Shown in pieces: positions 18,190-28,857 of a stretch of DNA of 64,000 bases. Made by a program: the position numbers and the translations under genes. This stretch comes from a virus: IMG/VR virus record IMGVR_UViG_3300037493_006316, positions 1 through 64,000 of that record; one strand, 5' to 3'. The notes under the pieces were generated by a model. It worked only from the letters and a program-made list of their open reading frames with translations, was not told where the DNA came from and did no database searches. The stretch's first letter is position 1. Each line of letters begins with the position of its first letter.

Positions 18190-20363
18190 TCGCCCGCATT
18201 GAGGCCGCGCTGTTCGGCCTAAACATCAACGAAGAGGTCGCCCCGGTGACCCTTCTCGTCGGGCAGAACCAGTCGGGCAAGAGCACCCGGCTGGGGCTCG
18301 CTGACCTCGTGATCCGCGGCGGGTCGGCCGGGGTGTACCCCGTGCTGGGCCGGCCCAAGGGCCCGTGGTCGGCGAGCGTGGTCCTGAACGGCAGGCGGTA
18401 CACCCGCGCCGGCAAGGATGGCTTGGCCAACGGCTGCCGGATCGACGGCGTCAAGGTCGCTGTGCGCGACTTCGACGCCGAGATCCAGGCCAAGGCCGGC
18501 GCCGCTGGCGTCTGGCGCCTGCGCGAGTTCAGCGAGGCGACGCCGTCGGCGCGGCTCGACTGGATCGTCGGCACCCTGTTCGAGGGCGCCGACACCTCCG
18601 GTCTGGCGTCGGCTGTCGAGGAGGCCCTGACTGGCCTCGGCGATCTGCGGGCGGCCCTGCAGATCGGCGCCGCGCCGTGGACGCCGGAGGCGGTGCAGCA
18701 GCTGCGCCGGGCGCTCGCTGACGAGCTGACCCGCCGCGGCCTGACGCCGGACCTTGCCCCGCGCGGCCCGCGCTTCAAGGAGGCGCCGCTGCCCGACACC
18801 CCCAGTGAGCGCGCCGTCGGCCACGCCTTGGTCGACACCCTGGCGACCGTGCTCAAGCTCGCCGCCCAGCTGCGGCGGGCAGACGCGAAGAGTGCTGAAG
18901 CGGAGGCTGAGCGGCTCGCCCAGCGGATCGCCGCGCGCGGCGAGCTGCCGGCCGGCACGGTGGCGTCGAACCGCGCCGCCGCAGAGGCGCTGCAGACCGA
19001 GATCAACCAGCTGCTGGAGCGCCGGCAGCAGGACTACGCCGACCTGCGCCGGCGCGAGAGCGCCGAGCAGGCAGTGGTCGACGCAACGACCGGGCTGCAG
19101 CAGGCCCGCGCCGCGGCGCCGCGGTCGGCGGCCGATGTCCGCGCCGCTCTGCTGCTGGCGCAGGCAGAGCACTCGGCGGCGCTGACCGCGCTTGAGACAG
19201 CCCGGCACCGCGCCGAGGAGCTTGAGCGCGAGGTGAAGCAGGCCAGCGACCGCGCGACGGCCACGGCCGACACCGAGGCCGCGGCCTTGGTGGCCGAGGC
19301 CGGTCGCGCTGAGGTTGAGCGCGTGGGGGCGGAGGTTGCCGAGCTGCTGGGCGCCGTCGAGGCGGCCCTGTTGGACCTGCGCAGCCTGATCGAAGCCGGC
19401 CGCCTGCGGGCGGCGGTGCTCGAGCGCCCCAGCATGGCGGCTCTGCTCGACGCGGCGGCCAGCGTGCGCGCGCGAGTCGCCGAGCCTGCACCCCCTGTCG
19501 TCGCGGCGGTGGAGGACAAGGCCGCCACCGAGGCCGCGCAGGCGAAGGCCGCGCTGCTTGAGGCGCGGGCCCGCTCGAGCGCGCAGGCGCGCGAGGTCAT
19601 GCAACTGACCGGCGCCGAGGCCGGCAAGCGCGCCACGATGGACGCGCTCGGCCGCGAGTTGCAGGAGCTCGACGCGAGCGCGGTGGCCCAGCGGGCCAAC
19701 GTCGAGGCGTGCCAGCAGCGCCTGCGCTTGGCCCAGGAGGCGCTCAACCGCGTGCCGGTCGTCGCGGGCCTCGAGCTCAGCGACGCGGTCATCGACTCGA
19801 AGACCGCCGACCGCGCCGCCCTCATCGCTGCCGCGGATCGCCTGAGCGACGTGGCCGGCGATCAGGTCGCTCTGGAGTCCGCCCGCGCCGACGCGCAGCG
19901 GCTGCAGGCCGAGCTGGATGTGGTCATCAAGGTGCGCGACGCCATCACCGCCGCCAAGGCGTGGTGGTTAACCACGCAGCTCGACGGCGCGCTTGAGCCC
20001 GCCCGGCGGATCACGCAGGCCGTGCTCGGCCTGGACGTCGACATCAAGACGTCCGACGAGGGCGCGCACATCGTGCTCGGCGACGTCGACCTCGACACCG
20101 TCCAGGGCGACCAGCTGCGCAGCCCGCAGATCGTGGCCCTCGCCGCCCTTCGCGTGGCCATGCTCGCTCGCCTTGACGGTCTGCGCGCCCTCTTCGTCGA
20201 CGACCTCGAGTCAATCGACGAGGGCCGTCGCGCAAAGTTCCTCGCCGCGCTCGCCGCCGAGGTCCGGGCTGGTACCATCCACCAGGTGATGGGCGCGTCG
20301 GTCGACGCGCTCCCCGCCCTCGACGGTGATGACGTGCGCGTCGTCACGCTGTTCCGGAGCTGA
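18186..20363 (+). CDS. Rad50/SbcC/SMC-like ATPase
   Basis: N-terminal Walker A GQNQSGKST, long coiled coil, C-terminal Walker B LFVDDLESID. Confidence 0.8.
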   Translation: MIARIEAALFGLNINEEVAPVTLLVGQNQSGKSTRLGLADLVIRGGSAGVYPVLGRPKGPWSASVVLNGRRYTRAGKDGLANGCRIDGVKVAVRDFDAEIQAKAGAAGVWRLREFSEATPSARLDWIVGTLFEGADTSGLASAVEEALTGLGDLRAALQIGAAPWTPEAVQQLRRALADELTRRGLTPDLAPRGPRFKEAPLPDTPSERAVGHALVDTLATVLKLAAQLRRADAKSAEAEAERLAQRIAARGELPAGTVASNRAAAEALQTEINQLLERRQQDYADLRRRESAEQAVVDATTGLQQARAAAPRSAADVRAALLLAQAEHSAALTALETARHRAEELEREVKQASDRATATADTEAAALVAEAGRAEVERVGAEVAELLGAVEAALLDLRSLIEAGRLRAAVLERPSMAALLDAAASVRARVAEPAPPVVAAVEDKAATEAAQAKAALLEARARSSAQAREVMQLTGAEAGKRATMDALGRELQELDASAVAQRANVEACQQRLRLAQEALNRVPVVAGLELSDAVIDSKTADRAALIAAADRLSDVAGDQVALESARADAQRLQAELDVVIKVRDAITAAKAWWLTTQLDGALEPARRITQAVLGLDVDIKTSDEGAHIVLGDVDLDTVQGDQLRSPQIVALAALRVAMLARLDGLRALFVDDLESIDEGRRAKFLAALAAEVRAGTIHQVMGASVDALPALDGDDVRVVTLFRS

Positions 20364-20535
20364 TCATGGTTCGCCGCGTAGGCCGGGTGCTCGCCTGGCT
20401 GCTCACCTCCTGCTCAATCCTCACCGGGGCCTGTGCCCTGGCCTACGCGGCCTTCCTGGCCTCCCGGGCGCTGCTCGCCGGATAGGCGGGCGGCGCCTCG
20501 CCGCGCCTGCGGCCACCTTCCCCCTTGGAGCCCAC

Positions 20536-22236
20536 ATGCTGAACGCTGAGCAGTCCCTTGCCGTCCACAACATCGACCGCTACCGCGTTCTTGTCGCCGG
20601 CGCTGGGGCCGGGAAGACCTCGACCTTCGCGGCGGCGCTGGTCGAGCAGCTCAACCGCGAGCCCGACGAGCGCGTCCTGGCGGTGACCTTCACGCGCGCC
20701 GCGGCTCGCGAGATGGAGCACCGGGTGCGCCGACTCGTGGGCCGGCCCGACGGAGACATCAACCCGGGCGGCTCGCAGCCCTGGATCGGCACGCTCCACG
20801 CCTGGGCGTGGTCGCAGATCGAGGCGAACCCCGAGCTCTTCGGGCGCCTGCCGGGCGTGTCGCTGTGGGACGACGGCGACGTCGAAGATGCCGTGCGGCT
20901 CATCGCCCGCGGCATCGGGCCCAAGGCGCTGAAGGTCGCCGACGTGGCCAAGGCGCGCCTGTCGACGCTCATGGCGCGCGAGTCGGTGGTCACAGAGCTG
21001 CGGGCCCTGCTTGTCGAGGCCAACGCGTTCACCTTCGACGGCATTGAAAGCGCGGCCGCCGGTGCGTTCGAGCGCGATCCCGTCGCGGCGCCGGCCTTCC
21101 AGCTCGTGATGGTCGACGAGGCGCAGGACCTCAGCCCGACGCAGGCGCGCCTGCTTGACCTGCTCGGCGACCGCCGGTTCCGCGTGGGCGATCCGCGGCA
21201 GTCCATCTACGGCTTCCGGGGCTCCGACCCCGGCATCATGCGCGGCTGGCTCGAGCAGCCAACGTGGTCGGCCCTGCACCTGACGGCGAACTACCGCAGC
21301 CAGGCCGCCATCGTCGACGCGGCGAACGCCCTGGCCTCGGCCATGCCGGGCGACTGGCTGCCGATGGTCGCCACGCGCGAGGGCGGCGCCGTGTACGCCT
21401 GGACCACGGAGCTGCAGGGCCTGACCGCGGCGGCGCTGGTAGAGCAGGCGCTCGCCGCCGGCCGCTGCCCAAGCGACATCTACGTCATCGCCCCGACGTG
21501 GGGCGACGTCAACGAGGCCGCGATCGCCCTGCGGGGCCTGAGCGTGCCCGTCGTCGTGGGCAAGGAGGCCAACCCGTGGACCGAGCCGGCCGGCCGCTTC
21601 GTGCGGCGCGTGCTGGCTTGCCTGCACAACCGCCACGACGACGTGCTGTGGGCCCTGGTTGCCGCGGCGCTCATGCCCGGCAACGAGCCGTGGGCACTGC
21701 GGACGGAGGCCCGGCGCTCCCGGCGGCCGCTGTCGGCGGTGCTGGCCGAGCGCTACCCCTGGGCCCGCTGGCTGTGCGATGTGCGCGGCCACTTCATGGC
21801 GGGCGCGGTGCTGCGCCGCGTGCTCGAGCTGGCCCCCGGGCCGTCGGTGGCGCACCTGCTGCCGGTGCTCGACACGCTGCCCTCCGCCGACGCACTGCGT
21901 GAGCTGGCGCTGTACCAGCAGATCGAGGCGCCGGCCGAGCCCGCCGACGAGGTGAGGCTCGGCACCATCCACGGCGCGAAGGGGCTCGAGGCGCCCGTGG
22001 TCATCGTGCTCGGCGCCACCGCCTCGCGCTTCCCCGCTGGTCAGGGCGCCGAGGCCGAGGAGGCCCTGCGCCTGCTCTACGTGGCAGTGACCCGCGCGGC
22101 CGACGAGCTGCACCTCGTCTGCCCGGCCGCCAGCCGCGGGTTCGGCGGCCTCTCCGCAGAGGCGCCCACGCCCTACCTCGCGACGATGGGGCTCACCTCG
22201 GAGCCGGGCCCGCTGGCCGTGTGGGGCGCGCCGTGA
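20536..22236 (+). CDS. UvrD/Rep superfamily 1 helicase
   Basis: AGAGAGKT, AVTFTRAAA, VDEAQD, VGDPRQSIYGFRG, NYRS, TIHGAKGLE, LLYVAVTRA. Confidence 0.92.
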   Translation: MLNAEQSLAVHNIDRYRVLVAGAGAGKTSTFAAALVEQLNREPDERVLAVTFTRAAAREMEHRVRRLVGRPDGDINPGGSQPWIGTLHAWAWSQIEANPELFGRLPGVSLWDDGDVEDAVRLIARGIGPKALKVADVAKARLSTLMARESVVTELRALLVEANAFTFDGIESAAAGAFERDPVAAPAFQLVMVDEAQDLSPTQARLLDLLGDRRFRVGDPRQSIYGFRGSDPGIMRGWLEQPTWSALHLTANYRSQAAIVDAANALASAMPGDWLPMVATREGGAVYAWTTELQGLTAAALVEQALAAGRCPSDIYVIAPTWGDVNEAAIALRGLSVPVVVGKEANPWTEPAGRFVRRVLACLHNRHDDVLWALVAAALMPGNEPWALRTEARRSRRPLSAVLAERYPWARWLCDVRGHFMAGAVLRRVLELAPGPSVAHLLPVLDTLPSADALRELALYQQIEAPAEPADEVRLGTIHGAKGLEAPVVIVLGATASRFPAGQGAEAEEALRLLYVAVTRAADELHLVCPAASRGFGGLSAEAPTPYLATMGLTSEPGPLAVWGAP

Positions 22237-22976
22237 ACCTGCCCTGGCCGACGCTCGCTGAGGAGTCGCGGACCGCCCTGCGCCTGATCTCCACGCAGCT
22301 CAGTGGGCGCGAGGTGGCCGCCCTCGACTGGCTCCTGGCCGAGACGGTCGGCAAGGGCGTGTGGTGGGTGAGCTTCCGGCCGCGCGACCTCGCCGAGGTC
22401 GTCGGCATGTCCGAGCGGCGCGCGTCGGACATGCTGCAGCGCTTCATCGGCGAACGCTACCTCGAGCTGCCGTCCATCGAGCGCACCACGCAGGACCCGT
22501 GGACGGTGCGCCCGGCGCTCTACGAGGACTGGCCCTGGCCAGCCGAGCTCAAGGCCAAGCTGCCGATCCGCATCCATGCCGTGCTGTGCGGCCCTTGGTG
22601 CAGCGGCGCGGTCATCGCGGCCGCGAACGACCTGTGGGACCTGGCCCGGGACACCGGCGCCGAGCGTGACCAGCCCAGCACGGACCTGCCCGAGCGCACG
22701 CCCTACGACGAGACCTGGCGGCGGTGGTGCGCCACGCTGTGCGACCTCATCGACCGCCCGCCGAAAATGGGCGGCACGCTGCCGACCTTCCGGCGCGTGT
22801 TGGCCTTCCTGCGCACCGACCCGCGTGAGCGCCAGCGCGTGCACGGGCCCTACGCTGACCGTCTGCTCGCCGTCCGCTACGAGCAGCTCTACCGCACGAC
22901 GCGCATGCAGCACGTCGTCGCCACCACCCGCTACCGGGACCATGAGCGTGGCCGGTACTCCAAGGAGCCCACGTGA
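22233..22976 (+). CDS. Putative replication initiator (lambda O-like N-terminal wHTH)
   Basis: LSGREVAALDWLLAETVG...DLAEVVGMSERRASDML; GTGA-coupled to the helicase. Confidence 0.5.
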   Translation: MNLPWPTLAEESRTALRLISTQLSGREVAALDWLLAETVGKGVWWVSFRPRDLAEVVGMSERRASDMLQRFIGERYLELPSIERTTQDPWTVRPALYEDWPWPAELKAKLPIRIHAVLCGPWCSGAVIAAANDLWDLARDTGAERDQPSTDLPERTPYDETWRRWCATLCDLIDRPPKMGGTLPTFRRVLAFLRTDPRERQRVHGPYADRLLAVRYEQLYRTTRMQHVVATTRYRDHERGRYSKEPT

Positions 22977-24421
22977 GCACGATCCCCATGGTCGCCGTCA
23001 TTCTTCGCACCGTCGACGGCAAACCCCAACGCGAGCGGATGCCGAGCAAGCGGCGGATCGCCCAGGCGATGGCCACGATGAGCGGCCATCCGGTGTTTCC
23101 GGCGCACTACCCGTTGCGCGACGCCACCGAAGATGACGGCCCCTTCGCCATCCTCGGCAAGGTCTACGACCTGCACATTCCCGTGCGCAAGGTCGGAGAC
23201 AAGGAGGTGCGCGCCATCGCAGGCTGGCACATGCCGGGCCTCGACGGCCCCGGACACCCGCTGGGCCCGCCGGCCGAATGGCCGCTCGACGCGCAGTTCT
23301 TGGAGCCCCTGGAGCACGCGATCAGCTTCGACCGCGTCGTCTTCACCGCGAGCGCGCCCACCGTCGCAGTTCAGGCGTGGCAGTGGTTGGGCCGGCGCAC
23401 CGTCGAAGCCCAGCGCGAGGCTGGCGTGCACGCCGACGTTGCGGTCGCAGCTGTGGATGAGGCCGTCGCGGCCATCGTCGCAGCCATGAACCGCTACAAC
23501 CCCTCGATCAAGCGCATCGCCCAGCCGGTCTACATGGACCTGAAGCGCGGCCTGATCACCGTCGACACCAGCGGCGCCGCGCGCGACGCAGCCCTGTCGG
23601 CCATGCGCTCGCTGTTGAGCACGGCATCCCTGCCCGAGGACTGCACCGAAGACGTGGCCACCAAGCTCAGCCCCGACGTGCTCCTGCGACCACTCGACAT
23701 CGTGACGTGGGTCATCGCCACGCACCCCGATGACCGGACGCTGACGGCGTCCGAGTGGCGCGACCGCTTCGGCCGGTGGCTGCTCGACACCATGCGCGGC
23801 GGGCCGCTGTACGTGTCCCTGCGCGACCCGGACTGCGTGTACCGCGTGAGCTTCGGCAACCGCATGAAGCTCACCGCCGGCGAGGGTGCGTTCAAGCAGA
23901 AGGTCCAGGCCGAGCTGTCCGACTCGCGGCGCGAGCGGCTCGCCGAAGTGGTCGACCTGGCCCGCGAGGTGGGGATGCAGGAGGCCACCATCGGCGCGAC
24001 CTTCGACCTCGAGATCGCCACGCCTGACGACACCGAGCCCGTCTACCTGACCCTGTCCGGCGGCGCCGTGATCGACGTGGACGTGCGCATCAAGCCGCTC
24101 GACATGAAGTACGACGCGCCCGAGCCGGGCACGATGGAGGCGAGCACGCAGGCCCCCGAGCGCCTGTCGGTCGCCGCCGACCGTGGCCTGCGCTTCGGCG
24201 CGGTCTTCGACGCGTTCTGCGTCATGGAGGCGCTGTGGACCGCGTGCTTCGGCGCGCTGCGAGACACGCGGCAGGCCACGATTCCGGCGGTGCCTGACCC
24301 CACCTACACCTGGCCGTTGCCCGCGCGCGGGGCGATCCTCTACACCGAGGCGGACCTCGACGCCTCGCAGTCCAGCGACAAGCGCGCCGCGGAGGTGCGC
24401 CGGGCCTGGGGCGTCTTGTAG
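22973..24421 (+). CDS. Hypothetical protein, possibly RdgC-like
   Basis: YMDLKRGLITVDTS and RFGRWLL resemble RdgC motifs; sits in the recombination cluster. Confidence 0.35.
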   Translation: MSTIPMVAVILRTVDGKPQRERMPSKRRIAQAMATMSGHPVFPAHYPLRDATEDDGPFAILGKVYDLHIPVRKVGDKEVRAIAGWHMPGLDGPGHPLGPPAEWPLDAQFLEPLEHAISFDRVVFTASAPTVAVQAWQWLGRRTVEAQREAGVHADVAVAAVDEAVAAIVAAMNRYNPSIKRIAQPVYMDLKRGLITVDTSGAARDAALSAMRSLLSTASLPEDCTEDVATKLSPDVLLRPLDIVTWVIATHPDDRTLTASEWRDRFGRWLLDTMRGGPLYVSLRDPDCVYRVSFGNRMKLTAGEGAFKQKVQAELSDSRRERLAEVVDLAREVGMQEATIGATFDLEIATPDDTEPVYLTLSGGAVIDVDVRIKPLDMKYDAPEPGTMEASTQAPERLSVAADRGLRFGAVFDAFCVMEALWTACFGALRDTRQATIPAVPDPTYTWPLPARGAILYTEADLDASQSSDKRAAEVRRAWGVL

Positions 24422-24461
24422 CGGTTTCGCGCTTGCATCCCCGCCGGCCCCGTGGTAGCCT
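24417..24461 (+). promoter_or_regulatory. Rightward promoter (TTGCAT-17-TAGCCT) with repeated motif
   Basis: 21 nt (24417-24437) identical to 16150-16170. Confidence 0.6.
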
Positions 24462-25435
24462 CTGCAGGCGCACGGGGCTTTCGCCTTGAGCGCCACCACC
24501 CTGAACGGAGGCGCATGGTCCAAGAGCAGCTCTTCGCTGACGTCGAGGTTGACGTGCGGGTGGTGTGGGTGTCGCTCATCGACCGCATGGCGCGGTTGGC
24601 GGTGGGCGGCGCCTACTACGAGGTGCACGAGGGGCAGGCGGCTCCGGCGCGTGGGCGGTTGGGCCGCGCGTTGGAGGCGGCGCTGCGGCGTGCCTTGCGT
24701 GAGGCTGCGGCCTCGGGGGTGTGTTTTGGGCAATGAACGGACGACTGGCGCTAGCCTGAGCCCCGAAGACCTCGCCGCGATCAGCGCGGCCTTAAGGATG
24801 GACGTGGTTCCGGTGAGGAGGGCGCCCGACCCCAGCGACCGGACCACCACAATGGGGTTTGACCCCGTGTCGGGGTCGGCGGAGCAGTTGCCGCCCGTTT
24901 TGGACGAGGGCCTCGCCGAGCTTATGGAAGAGCCTGACGCGGACGAAACCAAGCCGCTCCCGAGCGAGGGGGCCGACGATTGGGTCGCCGTCCTGACGGA
25001 GCGCCTCCGCGACTGTCCAGGGGTCTTTCTCGTTGCTCCCGACACCACGCGGCAACAGGTTGAGTCTAAATGGACCGATGCCGTGTTTTTGGTGGAGCGC
25101 GCTGAGGGCGGGTTTCGCTGGTTTCAACGGGGCGCCAGCGGTCTTGGCTGGGTTGCTGCCGGCAGGGTGGTTGCGACCTATAACGAGCTGCTCTCGAAAC
25201 TGCGGTTTGCCAACGATCTGGCGGCCGAGGTGGCGAAATCGACGCCACCAGCCAAGAAGGCCGTTTCCTTCTGGCAGCATCGCGCTGAGCGACTCAACGA
25301 CCACCTGGTCCTGCTTATGCAGCGCTCGACCCAGCGGCTTCATGATGACCTCTGCGCCGAAGAGTTTGACCTTGATGGGGTCGCAGTCCGAGCCGCCGAC
25401 ATCGCCGAGACCCTCCGCGTCCTGGCGGAGGCCTG

Positions 25436-26287
25436 ATGCGCCCGCACTCTCCCGCCCTTGACGCGATCCTGGGCCAGCGCTTCGACGTCCTCGATCACGG
25501 CTTCGTCCGCGTGATCGACTACATGGGGGACGACGCTGCGGTGGTCCAAGCCGCGCGGGTGTCCTACGGCGAGGGCACTCGGGCCGTGCGCGAAGACCGC
25601 GGGCTCATCCGCTACTTGATGCGGCACCGCCACACGACGCCCTTCGAGATGTGCGAGCTGAAGCTCCACGTCAAGCTGCCGGTCTTCGTGGCCCGCCAGT
25701 GGATCCGCCACCGGATGGCGAACGTCAACGAGGCCAGCGCCCGCTACAGCGTGATGGATCGGGAGTTCTACCTCCCGGCGCCCGAGGCTGTGGCGCTCCA
25801 GTCCGCCGACAACAAGCAGGGCCGGGGGGAGGCGGTCGACCCGCACACCGCGGCGTCGTTCATTGAGGTCCTGACCAAGGTCTCGGCCCAGGCCCGCGAG
25901 GACTATGACGGCGCGCTCGAAGCCGGCATCGCCCGGGAGCTGGCCCGGATCGGCTTGACCTTGAACACCTACACCGAGTGGTACTGGAAGATCGACCTGC
26001 ACAACCTGCTGCACTTCCTCGCGCTGCGCATGGACGCGCACGCGCAGATGGAGATCCGCGTCTACGCCGACATCATCGCCGGCATCGTGGCGCAGTGGGT
26101 GCCGCTGAGCTGGGAGGCCTTCGAGGACTACCGGCTGCACGCGGTGACCTTCAGCCGGGGGCAGCTCTCCGCCCTGCGGGTCGCCCTCAAGGGCCAGCCG
26201 GTGTCGCTCGCCGAGCACGGCATCACCGCCCGCGAGCTGCGGGACCTTGTCGAGGCCACGGGCCTCGAAGACGTGGAGGTCCGATGA
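25436..26287 (+). CDS. thyX: FAD-dependent thymidylate synthase
   Basis: AARVSY, HTTPFE, RQWIRHR...NEASARY (ThyX motif), NLLHFLALR...HAQMEIR. Confidence 0.95.
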   Translation: MRPHSPALDAILGQRFDVLDHGFVRVIDYMGDDAAVVQAARVSYGEGTRAVREDRGLIRYLMRHRHTTPFEMCELKLHVKLPVFVARQWIRHRMANVNEASARYSVMDREFYLPAPEAVALQSADNKQGRGEAVDPHTAASFIEVLTKVSAQAREDYDGALEAGIARELARIGLTLNTYTEWYWKIDLHNLLHFLALRMDAHAQMEIRVYADIIAGIVAQWVPLSWEAFEDYRLHAVTFSRGQLSALRVALKGQPVSLAEHGITARELRDLVEATGLEDVEVR

Positions 26288-26883
26288 GCCTGATCATCAG
26301 CAACCGCGACGCCCTCGTTGCGCACGCCGCGGGCTGTTTGGCCGCCCGCCAGGCACAAGCCCCGGCGCCGCGCCTGCGCCTGGGCAACATCAGCGGCCTC
26401 GACTTCTCGGGGCTCAACCTCGAAGGGTTGACGCTGTTGGCGCCCTTTCTCGCCGGCGGGTACAACATCTCTCGCTGCAAGTTCCGCGGCAGCAACCTGC
26501 GGGGCGCGCGGCTGACGTTCCACGACCTGACGGGCGTGGACTTCACCGAGGCGGACCTGACCGGCGCGACGCTCTTCGGCGCCGACCTGCGCCGCGCGAC
26601 GATGGCGGGCGCCAAGGTCGCCGAGGGCGTGGTGCACGCGACCGCGCCGCTTCTCGCCAGTTTTGAGACCCGCGAGAACGACGAGATGTGGCACGCCTAC
26701 GCGCTCACCGACGGGCGCGTCATCCTGACCCTCGGCAACGAGCGCCAGCCGCTGGAATGGTGGCTGGCGAACGTCAAGGCTTGGGCCAAGGCCCGCGCCT
26801 ATGCGGACTGGCAGTTCCGGCAGAAGGTGGAGCCTGCCATCCGCAAGGCCCAGGAGCTGGCGGCAGAGGTGGCTCGTGGGTGA
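26284..26883 (+). CDS. Pentapeptide-repeat protein
   Basis: CKFRG SNLRG ARLTF HDLTG VDFTE ADLTG ATLFG ADLRR. Confidence 0.8.
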   Translation: MSLIISNRDALVAHAAGCLAARQAQAPAPRLRLGNISGLDFSGLNLEGLTLLAPFLAGGYNISRCKFRGSNLRGARLTFHDLTGVDFTEADLTGATLFGADLRRATMAGAKVAEGVVHATAPLLASFETRENDEMWHAYALTDGRVILTLGNERQPLEWWLANVKAWAKARAYADWQFRQKVEPAIRKAQELAAEVARG

Positions 26884-27020
26884 GCTCGCGGATGACGAGC
26901 GGGGCCTGTTGTGGGCCCTGCGGTGGACGCTGTTGGCCCTGGTGGTTGTGTGGGTGACTGCCGGGGGTCTGTTTGCGGTGAATCAGGAGAGCCGCGCGGT
27001 GGCGCGGTGGGAGGTGAGCG

Positions 27021-27539
27021 ATGGGAGCCAATGACACGATCGTGAGGCCCGCGTACGAGATGAATCTGTGCTCCGGGCTGGTTGAGGCAGCGAACATGCT
27101 GGCCGCCGAGGCTGCAGCAGAAAGGCGGGTCATCGAGCGCCCATTCAACGGGCTGGCCATGAAGGCGTGGCCCGGCATCACTGGCGCGCAGGTCGTGGTC
27201 GACTGGCAGTACGGCCTTGGCTGCCGTCGTGAGACGAAGCAGCGCGCCGAGCGCGACGCCCTCCGCACCCGCGCCGAGGCCGCCGAGCAGCGCGCCGAGG
27301 CCGCCGAGGCCGCGCTGGCACAGGCCCGCGCCGACCGCGCGCTCATGACCGGCCTGTGGCTCGCCACGGTGCCGCCGGACGTGCTGCCTACGCTGCTCCC
27401 GGCAGACCCGGGCGACCGAGACCGGCTGGTCGCCGCGCTCGACGCGGTGGACCTGCAGTCGGGCACCGCGTCGCACACGGCGGCGGCGCGCGCGGTCATC
27501 GCGCGCATCGTGGCGGAGACGGCTGGGGGTGCGCGGTGA
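27021..27539 (+). CDS. Hypothetical protein with RAEAAE coiled-coil module
   Basis: GGAGG RBS; ATG start. Confidence 0.5.
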   Translation: MGANDTIVRPAYEMNLCSGLVEAANMLAAEAAAERRVIERPFNGLAMKAWPGITGAQVVVDWQYGLGCRRETKQRAERDALRTRAEAAEQRAEAAEAALAQARADRALMTGLWLATVPPDVLPTLLPADPGDRDRLVAALDAVDLQSGTASHTAAARAVIARIVAETAGGAR

Positions 27540-27790
27540 CCCTCCGCCACCTCCTCCGCCGACCCCGCACCACCGCCGAGCGCCGCGCTGCCTGCGCTGC
27601 CGCGGCCGACGTGCGGAGCGGCGAGGACGTGGTGCCGGTGCGGGCCTGGTGGCGGCCGACGGCGTGGGATGACCGCCCGGTCAGCGCGCGCGGCGACAGG
27701 TCGCGGCGGTGGCCGGGGTGGTGGCCCTGTCCGCGTGGTGCGGGTGGGGCGTGAGGGTAGAGGCGCCGATGGGGCGCGATGGAGGTGAGC

Positions 27791-28135
27791 ATGGGCGATA
27801 TCAGCATCAGCGACCTGCTGCGGTGCATTCCGAGCACGCGCGCGCAGATCGCCTACACCGGCGACCCGCTGGTGTACCTGCAGGCCGCGTTCGAGGCGGT
27901 GGCGCGGGAGGCTGCCGAGGACGCGCTGAAGGTCCCGCCGGGGGCGAGACGGCAATTGTTCATCCAGCCGCAGGCCGGCGGCGGGTGGTTCCACCTCGGG
28001 CCCGCCGACCGGGTGCGGACTGGCGATCTGCGGGACTCGTTGGTTGATTTCGAGGCTGAGGAGGGCGTTGAGTTCGACGTGCGCCCGATGACCCAAGCAG
28101 CCGTTGACGCTCTGCCCGAGTTTGACGGCTGGTAG
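27791..28135 (+). CDS. Hypothetical phage protein ending LPEFDGW
   Basis: GGAGGT RBS; MT..AVDALPEFDGW C-terminus common in small phage proteins. Confidence 0.55.
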   Translation: MGDISISDLLRCIPSTRAQIAYTGDPLVYLQAAFEAVAREAAEDALKVPPGARRQLFIQPQAGGGWFHLGPADRVRTGDLRDSLVDFEAEEGVEFDVRPMTQAAVDALPEFDGW

Positions 28136-28857
28136 TTGTCACCCGCTGAAATCCGCCGGCGCCCTCCGGGTGCTACGCTCCGCCCAGGCCCGAGCCCCCA
28201 CCACACCCGGGGGACGTGCGCCCGGGGGGAGCGTGGCACCGCACCGCACACGGCAGGCCCTGCTCCTCACCCTCCGCGACGCCGCGCGCCTGCTCCGGGC
28301 GCCGGTCGCGGGGCCGGACGGGCCGCTGGCCGACCGGGCGGCGGTGGCGCAGCATGAGGCCGTGGGCCTGCTGCTGACGGTGGGTGGGCTGCGGGGTGGC
28401 TGGACATGGTGGGCCGCGGTCCGGGTGGTCTGGGCCGCGGGGAGACTGTACGAGAGGGCGCGAGGGGCGCCGAAGGGGTGAGGGCGTGTCTGAACTTGAA
28501 CAAGCTATCGCGAACATCAAGGCGCACGTTGATGTCGACGACTACGAGGGTCGCTGCGGTCTTGCGCTAGCTCTGTCACTTCTGGAGGCCATGCAGGCTG
28601 CGGACCATGCATCTATGGTCGGGCAGATGCTGGGCTACCGATGGGCGGTCAGCCCTGCCGTCGGGCACCCAGCCGGGTGCGGGCTGTTCCTGAGCTACCA
28701 GCGCGGAGCGTTCGACATGCTCGCCGCTCGGGACACCGACACCGACCCGTGGGACCTGCTGACGAGCGACAGCACGCGGGCCGGTCTGACGACTGCGCAG
28801 ATGGTCGCCGAGGCGCGCGCAGCCGCCGCCCGGTTCGAGCGGGAGTCCACTGAGGAC

